Positions 16,621 to 29,650 of a stretch of 64,000 bases of DNA are shown here, piece after piece. Position 1 is the stretch's first letter. The number at the start of each line of letters is the position of its first letter. The stretch is from the human T2T-CHM13v2.0 reference genome, Homo sapiens. Where the stretch lies: NCBI RefSeq assembly GCF_009914755.1, contig NC_060938.1; one strand, written 5' to 3'. The notes under the pieces are model-generated. The model ran no database searches. It was not told the DNA's origin and saw only the letters and a program-made list of their open reading frames with translations. The position numbers were made by a program, and so were the translations under genes.

Positions 16621-16890
16621 GCCATCCTTAGTTTTTGAACAAGTATACTTCTCCGTAGGGCAGCCTTACTGCATGGCAGCTTGCTTCATTAATGTCAGCA
16701 GGAGAGAGAGATTATTAGAATGATGGAAGTCTTATGTAACATAATCATGGAAGAGCTATCTCATCACCTTAGTTACATTCATTAGAAACAAGTCACAAGT
16801 CCTGCCTACTCACAAAGGGGAGAGTATTATACAGAGTGTGAATACCAAGAGTGGAGCATTATTGGAGGCTTTGAGTCTCTTCCACAGTCA
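16621..16890 (-). mobile_element. MLT1F-like LTR, second fragment
   Basis: gggcagccttactgcatggcagcttgcttc...ttagaaacaagtcacaagtcctgcctactcacaaagggga...tgtgaatacca. Confidence 0.8.
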
Positions 16891-17399
16891 TTGTTCTTCA
16901 TATATGAGGAGCTGTATCTACAGAAAATGTTACTGATTATGGTGTGATATACTACATCAAGTTGAGAAGGAAGCGCCTAATGTGTATTGATGTTTTAAAT
17001 TATTTTTGCTCTCTTCAATTCCTCTTTTCTATTTCTATGTTTTGTTACTTCACGGTTACCTTCCTTTTCTTTCTCAGAGAAGGCGGAAGACGTTAGCCTT
17101 TGGATCATCTGAGCTACTTTCTCTCCATATTAGTTCCACTAGTATTTATCTTGTTTATTTTTTTCATTGTGATTTTTATAGCTTCGATAGAAGGGAATAA
17201 CCGTTTTTTTTCCAAATGACGTGCACTATCATCTATCCACTTTTCTTGTCTTGTCAAGTTCTTGTTCTACTAACCTGCCAACAATCATTTCATATAAAAA
17301 TTTACACAAACTTTCCTCTACCTTTCATATATTTTCCTATTTTTCACTGTCATTTAATTTTTTGAAAGTCTTGGACAATATTTCAGAGTCACCAATTTA

Positions 17400-17720
17400 A
17401 TTTTCCCACATCCTATCCACTCTTTAACCTAGTACCTCATGGTTTCTGTTCCTAATACTCTGGGAAACCCTTTGATTTGAACATTATTTATTATTTGCTA
17501 TATCAGTGATTTATCAATTCCTATTCTTATTCGCTATAATTTTTCCCCAATTATCTTATCTTGGACTATTATAATAGCCTCCAAATTGGCTTCCCATTTT
17601 CCATCTGCTCTCATTCTAATTTATTATATGCACTGTAGCTCAATATATCATATGTAGCTCTAATCATGTCACATGACTTTCTAAAACTGCTTAAGTTAAA
17701 TGTCATATAGAAATCCTAAA
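17400..17720 (+). mobile_element. L2 fragment
   Basis: ttggactattataatagcctccaaattggcttccc and ctaatcatgtcac L2-like motifs; highly degraded. Confidence 0.5.
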
Positions 17721-18944
17721 GATTGGATGTAAATAGCATCACACAAATTGTTAAATATAATTATTTCAAAATTAATAACTATAATTATTCCATATCTACT
17801 GGTATATTATTTGTCCTTTGGTGCCCATTGGCCATTGTAAATGCTCTGAAATAAATAAAATTTTGTACTAGTACATAGGCAAATTTTATGCTTCTGACCC
17901 TAAAATAAACTAGCTATATGACTTCAGGTAACCAAATTTTTTATTAGACACGGACTGCTGCTATTTCATTTCATTTGGTCCAAATAAATTGAGACTATAA
18001 GGTAAGAGTGCAACTGCATAAGTACATAACCTACAATCCAATTTTATCAGATAGCCCTAGCGCTATATTTGACTGAATTGAAACCTCCTCTCCCTAAATT
18101 AAAGGTAATGAATTTTTCTAAAAAATATATTTGGTGTTCAAAAATTCAGTCTCAAATATGTGAAATTCTTCTGCTCTTCAAACTGATGTTAAGATTTTAA
18201 AGTAGCTGTACAGACATGATCTTCTGTCAGTTTGAACAGAATCTTACTAATCCACCTGACATTAATTCATTTAAGTCATCTTCTTATGAGCAACAGAGAG
18301 GAAACCTGTCAGAAAGTTTCTATCATAGCTGAAATGCAGCTGCCAAGGTTTATTTTTTCATACTGTCAGACATAGAGGAGGCTTATTTTAGTGTGCCAAA
18401 TATACTTTCATTATTCTTGACTTTACAAGCATAATATGATGTTTGCTTTAATGAAAATGGAGTAGATTCTTGTGGTCTACAAAAGTGTCAGGGCATAGTA
18501 GTCTCGGAACTAGAAGCATTTGTGATTTCAATGGTAACTAATCTTCAATTTTTTTGGTAAAATATAAAGCTTAATTTTTAGATAATTAGTATGAAAATAA
18601 TCCCTTCAAAAAAGCACAGTGTACTCTCAGTCTTTTGAAAACAATACAGAATTCTTAAGATTATTTTACCACATGTTACTCACCTGTTTATTTAAATTAT
18701 TTGTACAAAGTTATTTAAATGTTTATGGTTGTTTAGGATTTAAATTTTTCAGTGTCAAAAATACATGATGTTTCATTCATTCTCTGTAGATGTCAAATTA
18801 CTGCCCTCAAATCAAGTGTCACAAAGGACCTATGCTTGTACTCCCTGGACTCATCTGGTGTGGTAAACACCAGGGCAACATGAGGAATTCTAGAATAGAA
18901 AACAAAAAACATTGGTGTTGGAGATAATCAATAAGTTATAATGA

Positions 18945-19860
18945 GTTCATTCATTCATTTAATAATTTTTGAGTAGCCCAAAGCTAACACTGACTGAAAT
19001 TTAAAAAGGAATCCTCTTTTTCAAGATACTTTATGGCCATCTGCTGGAACATTGTTGTAATAAATATACAAATCTATGACTACAATGTGAATTTACTTCT
19101 TATAATTGTGTGGTACCTAACTTTTTCAACACTGAAGGTGATGAAGAACAACCATATCCTTGCTGTCATGGAGAGATAAAGATGTATAAAAAATAGTTAC
19201 ACTGTCTGATAGATATTATTTGGTCAGATAAGTGCATGAAAAAGAAAATAATTTAGAAGGAGCTAACAGAGAATGCCTCCTTGGTCAAGGGATAGTAACA
19301 TTGAGATCTCAGTAATGAGAAGAAAATCTGCCACATAAAAACTGTAGGAAAGAGCAGAGTGAACTACGTGTGCAGAGGCTGTGTCTTAGTCCATTTGTGC
19401 TGCTATAACCAAAACACCATAGGTGTATGAATTGTAAGTAATCAGCATTTATTTTCTCATAGTTTGGGAGCCTGGGAAGTACAAAATCAAGGCGCCAGCA
19501 GATTTCAGTGTCTGGAGAAAACCTGCTTCCTCAAAGGTAGGCTTCTGTCCTTTTTCTTGCTGTGTATTCACATGGTGGAAGGGGTTAGGCAGCTTTCTGC
19601 AGTCTCCTTTGTAAGGGCACTAATCCCATTCATGAGGACCCCACCCTCATGAGCTAGTCACTTCTCAAAGGCCCCACCATCTAATACCATCACACTGAGA
19701 ATTAGGTTTCAACATATGGATTTTGGGGAGACACAAACATTAAGTTCATTGCAGGCAGTGATGCATGAAATGAGTAGTAGGTATGTGTAAATAACTGAAA
19801 GAAAACTAGATTGGCTAGAGTATCAGAAACTGGAGGGAGAACAGAATAACTGAAAACAGA
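18945..19860 (-). mobile_element. L2 fragments split by MLT1A
   Basis: (ttca)n tail at ~18946; ccttgctgtcatggag; acattgagatctcag; gtgtgcagaggctg|LTR|ggcag. Confidence 0.6.
19382..19753 (-). mobile_element. MLT1A/MLT1A0 solo LTR
   Basis: tgtcttagtccatttgtgctgctataac...gggcactaatcccattcatgagg...ggagacacaaacattaagttcattgca; TSD ggctg/ggcag. Confidence 0.9.
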
Positions 19861-19864
19861 TACA

Positions 19865-20620
19865 TACAACAATGAGAAATGGTTGTATAAATTATGGTCC
19901 ATTTGTACAAGAGAACACCATGTAGCCATTGGTGAACATGTTTTTGAAGGATATTCTATGGTATGTGAAGCTATTCATCATAAGTAAAAAGCAGGACATA
20001 AAACCCCACCATAGGTGTATATGTGCTACACGGTTTTTCAATTTCATTGCGTCTGTAGGAAAAGAGTGAGATATATAAAGATAGTTAAAGCAATTATTTC
20101 TATTGGTAAAGTTATGAATTATTTAAATTTTATTTTAATGTCTATTTTTAAAAAAAATATTCTACTCAACATATTCTCATCCAGGTATGCAAACAGACAT
20201 ACACAGGAAATTTTTGATGCTTCATTCTTTGTCATAGCAAACAAGTAGAATAAAACAAATTGTTCCTCAATAAGGGAATGGATTAATACACTGTATTCTA
20301 TTAATACAATAGAATGTATAGTATTATAGTCAAAAAGGAAAAAATAACCTAGAACATTCATTAAAATACATAAGAAATAAAAAGATAATTTTGAAATGAT
20401 CAAGTTAGTTGCAAAACGTAACTATATGTTACAGTTTATATGCATTTTAAGAAAAGTTTTAAATATTCATAGTTACAAATACATGTGTGTACATATTAAA
20501 TAAAATACAGGCTAATTATGTTCTTCCATTAAAAAAATAGTTTCTTCGGATAAGGGAGCAAAGATAAATGGATGAGAGTAACTTTAGCTGCATTTATGAT
20601 ATTTCTTTTTTAAATGGATC
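19865..20620 (+). mobile_element. L1ME/MC 3' fragments
   Basis: aaatggttgtataaattatggtccat; gcttcattctttgtcatagcaaac...aattgttcctcaataagggaatggattaata. Confidence 0.6.
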
Positions 20621-20814
20621 AATCTGAAGAAAATATAACAAAGTATTTAAGATTGTTTAATCTTGTCTCCTTTGTGCCATTCTGTATGTTAATATAGTAA
20701 GAAAGAAAACAATATTTAAGGTTTTAAATTAAAAATGTTAAGACTCATGACCTCATGTGGATATCACTACTTAAGGAATAGCATATTTTGGAGAATCTCA
20801 GGTCAACTTACAAT

Positions 20815-21870
20815 TTCTACTGTAAATAAGACATGCAAACTAAAGAGAGCATAAAACAAATACACAGTTTAGCAAGTAGTTATTAAGTAAATTAGATAAT
20901 CACCACTCCAGGTCAAGAAATGGAATATTATAGCAGCTAAACCCAAAGTGGGCCATTTTCCTATTTTTGAACTTTATATAAATGAAATGATACTATATTT
21001 GTATAATTATACTATATGTGTATAATGTATGAAATTATACTACATATGTATAGTATATGTAATATATATATTCTTTTGTATGTTGTTGTATTAGTTCAGT
21101 ATTGTGTTTGTAAGATTATCTATGATGTCGCATTTAGAGATAGTTATTTCATTTTCATCACCATGTAGGTTTATCCATGCACCTGTTAGTAGACATTTAG
21201 ATTGTTTCTGGTTTGAACTAAAAACATAAATGTTGCTCTGAACATTTACACAGCCTATAAGTATACATATATATGTGTATCCTAGCACACACATATACAA
21301 ATGTCTCTAAGGCAAATGCTTAGGAATGAAATTGAAGGGTCATAGAAAATGCTTATCTTTAACATTATTACTATATGTACTGAACTGTCTTCCAAACTGG
21401 AGTTACCAGTTTACACTCCTACCAGCAGTTTATCAGAGTTCCAGTTTGTAAACAAAATTATTATTTCCCTGATTAGTAGTGAGATTGAATCCTAGTTCAA
21501 GTGTTAAGTCATGTAGAATTCCACTTTTTAAGTGTTCTTGTGTATGTCTTTGGCCCATCTTTCTTTTGGGGTGCTTGGATTGGTTTTACTAATGACGTAT
21601 TTTTGTTTTTTTCTGAATACTAAGTCTTAGAACTAGTCTAGCAACCGTCTTCTTCCATTGTGTTACCTGTGTTTTAATGGTCTATTGATGAACGGTTCTT
21701 AATTTTCATTTGGCAAATTTATTAATCTTTTTGTTTATGGTTCATAACTTGGGATCTTATCTAAAAATTCTACAGTGATGTCATGGAGATACTATCCTGT
21801 ATTATCTGCTAAATACTTTATAATTTTGACCTTCTCATTTGATTCTACTTTCGATACAGCTGGAATTAAT
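20815..21870 (-). mobile_element. L1ME fragment
   Basis: caccactccaggtcaagaaatggaatatt; gaactttatataaatgaaat; agacatttagattgtttctggtttg; accagtttacactcctaccagcagt. Confidence 0.75.
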
Positions 21871-24014
21871 CCATTTCAAATGAAACTTTCCTTCTCCTTC
21901 TCCTCATTCATTTAACAGGTTGCTAAAGAAAACTAGCATTTTTTGAGAAGCATTTCTTGAAGAAATGTTGAAGATAGTCTGCTTAGGAGTGGGAATATAA
22001 TATGGGGTGGATCAGGAAGTTTGACCTACAATAATATGTAAATTAAAGTCCATTTAATTTTATATAAATTGTGCTAATCCTCATATGTTCAGGGAGAAAT
22101 AAAGGAGTAAATTTAAAAAAAACTGTTTATAAATCAATTAAAAATGATTGAATTTATTGGGGACATAGACATGCTTTTAATGGTTAGCTAATATGATCCA
22201 AAATTTGGGACTGCAAGTAAAAGCATCCTAACAAAGGATAGATGGAGAAGGATACAGACGAGCTGAGAAGGAAAAAAACTTGTAGACATAGAAAGTTTAG
22301 TTAATTTTTTTATTTTCCTTGGTGATAAATAGGAGCTGAAATATGGTCAATTGCAAAAAGTAGACAAATTTGAATTATTTATAGTCAGCTCAAAGGGGTT
22401 TTTGTGTGTGTGTGCATGCATATAAGTTGGATGTGGAACTTAATTGTATATAGCTATGGTTAGGGCCTGGAATTTAAATCAAGTAAAAAAAGTCATAGAG
22501 ATTTGATTCAGGGATTTGTTCCCCTTTCCTCTCCTAAATCATTATCAGTCTGTCCTTCTGCTTATGCTGTAACTGAATGGCCTATCTACAGGCCTGATGC
22601 CATTTAGAGGCTAAATATTCTTACCCGTCTAATAACCATCTGAAAAAATCAAATGCTGTATAAAAGTTTTGGTTTTCAAGGATTTTTTTAAACATTAAGA
22701 TTCTAAGTACATGCAAAAATAAACACAAAATATTAGGTGAACTATCAGCAATTTAATTGGGTAAAATATTTCAGTTTCTATAGTAGACTTAGAAAGCAGA
22801 CTTTATCATCAAAATGGCTTATTTTAATTTTTATTTATGAGTGAACGATATACCCGAGATTTGCTTTATTTTAATGCAGAAATGTTGGTAGGTATAAATA
22901 AAGGATGGCAGCAAGTTAATTCTGTTGGTTGGGTGATGGGTATGTTGATATTTATTGTACTATTGTTTTATTTTTTTCCTGTGTTTAATAGTTTCCATAA
23001 TAAAAAATTTAAGATATAAAGCTGATTTGTAAGGATGTTACTTGTTAAGGGATAAAATTTAAAGGCTACAGGTTAATATAATTTTTTTCTGGGGTGGAAA
23101 AACTACTTTGCTCACATACATATTAATGTCTCCATCCATCTCTATTCATTTATTCTCCCAAACATCCACCCCTCCAACAGTCCAATAAGCACTGAGCCCT
23201 CACTACTCTAAGACAGTGTATAGATCATTGTAGAATATAAAATTACTTAAGGGAAGGTCACTGAAACACAGAATTATGGAAATTGAAGAAAACTTGGAGC
23301 TAATTAACCAAAATCTACATTGTATAAATGATTATCCTGAGGCTCAAGAAGTTACACAGTTTCCCCAAGATCACACAAAGATTTTAGTGACAGAGAAACA
23401 TATCCAAGATTGAAAACTTTTCTTATGTTACATGTAATGAGTCATACACACTTGATGTAACAAAAATATTTATTGGGTTCCATCTACTGCAATTGTGAAG
23501 GCTTCCATGTGAGTGATAATGGAATTGCACTTTCCTATGTTCTCTTATAAAACTCATTTAATAGCCACAGTGGACTGAATCCATTGAGTTTTTCAGTAAC
23601 ATCCAATTCTGCTATATTCAGGTCCATCTTCATATGCTGTGAAAAAAGATTTCACAAATATGGAAGTGGTAAGAAAGCATGCATTACAAACCTAAGTAAA
23701 TTTGGCAGATTCACCTTAGGGATTTTGCTACAAAAAGCAGTTTCTGTGGGATAAAAAGTATTTTGACATGGAAATATCTTAATAACTCTATAAGGTTGTC
23801 AGTTTTTCTTAGGGGAATTTTTTTCTACCAAGATAAATTACAATTTTGTCTCTTTTGAGGTTGCAAAATGAAGGTTGCAAAGGCAGCAAATAGCTGGTGC
23901 CTAGAAAAGCAATAAACTTGCTCTGCCTTAGTTATAACTATATAAAAAATGCTCAAAACTTTTGCAGTGCTTATCATAAGAAAAATGTGTGTAATTTGGG
24001 ACTAAGTAAGGCTG

Positions 24015-24242
24015 TGTAGACTGATGGCTATCTGAGGCTCTGACTTCTACAAATTAGTAGCTGTGTAATCTTGGACAAGCTATTAAGCCTCTCTGTGCCT
24101 GTTTTCTTCTCAGGTAAATGAGGCTAATAATAAAACCTACTTCATAGTGTTTGGGTGAGGATTAAATTACATTAGTCATGCAAAGCTTTTAGGCCACTAC
24201 CTGAAAAATCATAAGTGTTCAATTAGTACTAGTTAGTATTAG
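24015..24242 (+). mobile_element. MIR SINE
   Basis: agctgtgtaatcttggacaagctattaagcctctctgtgcctgttttc...aataaaacctacttcatag...gtgaggattaaat core. Confidence 0.85.
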
Positions 24243-24382
24243 TCTTCATATTATTTGATTCAACTACGTAACAATTTATGGTAGAAAATTCATTAATCAT
24301 TGTTGGCTAAGTTGGCTAGAGCACTAATTTTCAAATCTGTTGAGAATTTGGAGCAGTGATTATCAGTTGCCAATCTAGAGAT

Positions 24383-24875
24383 ACATATTAGTGTCCGCTC
24401 CCTCTATCTTCCCTAGAAATAGGACCCAATTTTATTTGGGGTAGGAAGGCATCCAAGAATGAGGCAATGTATCTTGGGTGAAGTATCTTATATAAACTCT
24501 GGGTTAGGAGATGTTTGCATAAGTATTTTCTGGGATGCTGAGAAGGCTGCTTCAAGGGCAATCCCTCAACTTGAGAGTGCTTCATTTTTTTCTTCATCTA
24601 ATTTTCTCCTGTTTCTTGCCGCAAAAGAAAAAAGTATCAAGCGGCTAATTTGGAGCATGAAGCAACATTGAAGATGGAAGCCATGATTAAAGATGGTAGA
24701 GCAGAAAGAAGGAAACTGGGCTCCACTGAGTTTTTAGAATTTCTATACCAATTTGGGATTTCCTACTTCACAACTTCTAAAAGAAAAATGGAAGACTGCA
24801 AATCTTTATTGTGTTTGAGCCTCAGTTATTTCGAGTTTTTATTGCTAGCATTCACATAAGAATTTTAACTGATGC
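24383..24875 (+). mobile_element. Old MLT1 (J/K-like) LTR inserted in a MER5-like fragment (24320-24985)
   Basis: tgaagatggaagccatg..aaagatggtagagcagaaagaaggaaactggg; end tttaactgatgca; flanking ttcattcagtaggtcttggatgag resembles MER5. Confidence 0.65.
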
Positions 24876-25819
24876 AACACACCTTATGGAGAATGTTGAA
24901 AATAAAGGTCCCTTGTTCCAGAGATATTCATTCAGTAGGTCTTGGATGAGATCCAGGACCAGCTAAGTTTGGAGCTATACTAGCACATAAAACTTGAGGC
25001 TTCTGGGTCATGGGGATTTTATTCCCATGTGTTAGCTTTTGTCAATTTTAGAGGGAAAATTCCTGTGAAGTGTCAGAAGACAGAAAAAAAAATAACCGTT
25101 GTATGGGCATCATATATGTGTTACTCTAGGAGGCAAACCATTTGAAATGCCCGTTCTATTACCAATAGTCAAATTTTCATAAAGAAAATTTATCATGGGA
25201 GAAAAGGCATTGGATGGACTTTTTAAAATTTTATGAGATAGGAACTGGGCAGGGAAGAAAAATAAGTTATTATTTTGCTGAAATAATGGAATAATCCTGA
25301 TATCTTAAAATCAGTTGGGAGAAGTCAAGCCTTAACAAAGGAATTTACTAAATGTGGGTAGTTTGTGGTTATCAACAGAGCCAGAGGGGAAAATGGCAAA
25401 GTCATTCTGGTACTAAGGGAGTCTGTACTAAATCACAGTAATTTCAGATAAAATTGGCCAAACATCAATTCTAACAGCATGCTTATATTAAAGAGAAAAA
25501 AAAGTATTCATGGTTCAAGAAAAAAAATACTCTTTACAATCACTTGTGCACAAATATTTCTTGGTATGAATCAGAGAATATATTCTCATAACCAGCATTA
25601 TACATGCATGTAATAAATGAACCTAAGAAGTCCACCAGTCCCAACTGTGGAAGTTTCATTCAGCAAGATCAGAAAGCCATTAGCCAGCATGATTGAAACC
25701 TTTTCTGTGAAACAAGGTCTGCGAGGGTCAGATTTACTCAGCAATTCAACCTTCATTACCTCTCTTTCAAGTAGAAACCCACTTGGCTTACATTTTAACA
25801 GTACATCTCTAATAGGGTG

Positions 25820-26230
25820 GCTCCATTGAGATCCTGGGTAGTAAAAAGTATGCCAAGGTGGTTTGGATCCATTTTGATACCTTCTAAGCCTGAGCTCCAG
25901 AGCTGCAGGGTCAATCTTCCTTACCAGTCAATAGTTTCTGTCTAGAGTGAGACACAAAAGCCTATTTTTGATATTTGGGCACCCTTCTGAAAGGATGAAA
26001 ATCCAAGGTTATATCACTCTACGTGGAAAATAAAAAGCTTATGATATCTCTTTTAGTTGAAAGCTTATATAGCTCTCCTTGGTGAACATTTCCTGAGCTT
26101 TCGTTACTGTGCTGAGTGCCATTGCCCTTCTTAGAGTTGACCGCATTTCTGAGTCTGAAGCACTTGTGGGCCCTTTGGGATGAAAGACACTTTCCTTGCT
26201 AAGTGCCATCCATTTTTATTGTTATTATTA
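25820..26230 (+). mobile_element. Probable AmnSINE (Deu-domain SINE) relic
   Basis: Colinear similarity to the recalled AmnSINE1 consensus: aaaatccaaggt...ctctacgtggaaaataaaaagcttatg (Deu core), agagttgaccgcatttc, gaagcacttgtgggccctttgggatgaaagacact and a ttattgttattatta tail. Confidence 0.55.
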
Positions 26231-29200
26231 AGTCAATTCCCAAAGTCACATCCACTAACATGGCATTTTCAAAAATGACATATTGCAGCAGTGTACTGGG
26301 AAATGCTGTTCAGCTGGCTTTCTTATGCCGGCCTCATAAGTATTGTGTTTGTGGTGATACTTTTGGGAATGACGCTTCTCTTTGGTGGCTCAATATGCCC
26401 ACAGGTAGTAAGCTATTAAGGGAATAATGATGGGCAAAAGCAGGTGGCAGACACTTTATGACAGGCTCGTCTTCCACCTAAGTCATCTGTTGTTTAAGAG
26501 TGTATGTAGTCTCTGTACATAAAGACTGGCTCTTGAGAATAATGCAGAGTGATGATATTCAAACACATTCTTTGAGAACTGTTAGAGTAATTGGCTTAAA
26601 ATGCACTGTGTTAGTAGACATCAATTGCAAGAAATATGCCAAGTTTGTGGAAGCATGGCTTTCCTATTTAATTTCTAGAGGGAATTTGTATAATGCCTTT
26701 TCATTACATGATGGTGAAATTTGCAGTGCAAATATAACAGAAATTAGGCAACTATACAGAATGAGAATCCAGGGAACAAAGCTATCATCCAGATTTTCAT
26801 AGCACTAAGGTAAATCATGAGTACACATCAAAGATATAACTCTCAAAATATTCATTTGATGGTAATAACTGCTAACTTAAAAAAATACAAAAGTGCATTT
26901 GGGAAAGATTTCTGAGGACTCCTATCTATGTACTGGTTTGAATATGATATAATTTAGTGTGGTATAAAATAATTTAGAAGAGGCTTTTTAATTTTTTTCT
27001 ACTGTACCTGATAAATGCTATGTATTCTAGATAAGGAACAAAAAGAAGCAGTAGGTAAGTTTGGGCAGAGTGGTTAGTCTCAGTGCAGGCTTTATTTTAG
27101 AAGCACTTAGTACTTATTCCCAACAGTGTTTCTCCATATACAACTTATCAACTAGAAATCACAGTGGCGGCCAATGGACTCCTTAAATAAGGTTAATTCC
27201 CCTGTTTAACCCATACATTTCTTCAAGGATCACATATAGGTATGGTATAAGGGCTGTAATAAGATTAGATGTTGAACATCTAAATGGCAGCCCCGCCACG
27301 CCAACACCCAGCATATTTCTCTTTATATAAACTACTCTGACTCAGAGAGGGCCTCAAAGAAGGATTCAAAGTATATATCATGAATTTATTTTGATTAAGC
27401 TATAGAAAATACAGGATTGCATTCCAGGTTTTTGTTTAAAAACTAATAAAAATGACTCTTTAAAAAGTGCAGAGTAGACATGTATTCTATTTCATTTTCT
27501 TTTCTGGTTTTATCTTTGAATACAAGTAGTTATAGCCCAGGTATTCTTTCTCAAGAGAAAAGTTGAAAGAAAAAAAAATCAGATCACTATTTTTGTAGGG
27601 GAAACTTGAGTCTCTGTTGTTAAAAGAATTCTGGACTTGATATGTGTTCTTAGTGGGGCTCAGAGATACTTGTGTCTGCTATCTTTAAGAAATTAACTCC
27701 TGGAATTCTTGAATAATGAATTGCTAACCACTTGTTTCAAAATATTGCCCTCTCCATAAAAGAGAAATGGATACTATGTATTTGATTTTTAAAGGAGTAA
27801 AGGACACCACCAAATTTTATGTAACATAAAGGAATAAAAAGAGCTACATTTGCTTAATTTTTGGAGAATATCAATTTCAAAATTATAAAACTCAGGATGG
27901 CATGTCAAAACATTTATGAAAGACAACCCTTACCTGACTTGCCCATCCTTGAGTTTTATTGCCTTTTCTTCTGATCCAGACTATAGAAGCATCATGACAT
28001 GATACTGCTTTCAACATCCTCCTTTGGACAGTCAATAAACGTGACAATACCTTTACTAAAAGTGACAATCTGTAAATAATTTCACTTAATACTTTTGAGA
28101 GCCAAAAATCCTTCCAGTCTCTCCCTCACTTCTTATTTCAGGGTAATTACGAAAAGCTTAATGTATATATTCAACCACAAAATTAAACTGAAACCAAAAG
28201 CTATGATTCTAATGATTAACTATACAAGCCTGCACAGTTCTAAATTGGCCAAACTGTCACTTTCATTGCTCCATTATGGGCACTGATCCAGAAATTAATT
28301 AGAAATACAAATTATGTCAAATTTGGACCTATGCAGACTAGCCAATTGAGCAATAAAAGTTGAAATTCCTATAAAGTGTAGAAACCACATGTGGAAATAA
28401 TCATAGCCTTTTATCAATCACTTAAATATATTTTATTTGTGTTTCCATTTAGATTTCATATAAATGAATAAAGTGCATGTTTTTATAGAGATTGTATTAA
28501 AGATGATATATTTTAAAATTTTTATTAAATATTGTTGATAATGACTTTTTATTTCTAATTTTTAAATTTAATGTTCCATAGAATGTAATGAAAAGCCAAG
28601 ATGCTATATGTAGTTGTGATTTATTTTTCTCAGTAATATGTTTGCCACTTTATTACAGTGGATGAGATGACTATTACTTTTATTTTTAAATATTTAAGTG
28701 CTAAAAAGGTGGTTTATTTAGTTATTCCATATTCTATATAATATATTCATCTTTCTCAATAGATTATGATTCAATTTTCTTTGCTCTAAACTTGTTTTTA
28801 AAATAAAATTACCTCTATTTCTGGATCATCAATTGCTACTCTAAATTTTTGTCTTATTATGGCTTTCTTTATACTAATTCACCTTTAATTTTCTCTCCTA
28901 CTTTGGTTGAATTATTTTCCAAATTCAGAGCTTAAACTTGATTTGCACCATTGATATTAAATACTTTCTTATGTTTCATAAATTGTCCTTGATGCTATTA
29001 AAGGAAACATCAAATACTCAGTAGAAATTAGATTTAACAGGCAGATGAATCAATTTAACTAAGATAGTACTATTTTACAATGGACACTTATGATAATTCA
29101 TATTTTTCAGAAATACATTATACCAAAAGATTGAAAAAGAACACATGGATAGATTGCTATATTTCTATAGAGTTGAAGCTATGTAACTGTTAAATAATCT

Positions 29201-29459
29201 CTCTGGGTTCTTTGTAAATTTGTCATTTACAAAAGCACTTATTTCTCTGGGAAGTAGGGTGAGTCACAGTATGTTTTGAACAACTGAAGACGGGTAACTA
29301 GTCTATCATAGAATGCATAGGGCAGTTTCTAGTGCATTAAGGAGTCATGTTGTTCTAATGTAACAGAATTATACAATTATGGGCTTATGATGATTTATTT
29401 AAATTGGTAATTTAAAAGCCATTTGAGTCTATATTTTAATGGGCACAAAGAAGACATAC

Positions 29460-29650
29460 TGCAGTGGAAAGAGTATTTAGACTGAAATAAGTGCTATGAA
29501 TCTGTTTTGTCCTTTACTAATTATGTGACTTTAGGTAGGTTACTTAATCTTTCTGAGCCACAGTTCCGTTTTATATGAAATTAATATAATAATACATACC
29601 TTACAAAGTTGTAATAACAACTAAATGTCATATCATGAGTAGGCAGTTAA
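29460..29650 (+). mobile_element. MIR SINE
   Basis: ttactaattatgtgactttaggtaggttacttaatctttctgagccacagttcc...aataatacataccttac. Confidence 0.8.

Noticed and set aside
26203-26802. ORFs of 74 and 100 aa in unique DNA
   Set aside because: GTG starts, no recognisable domain, and lengths expected by chance.
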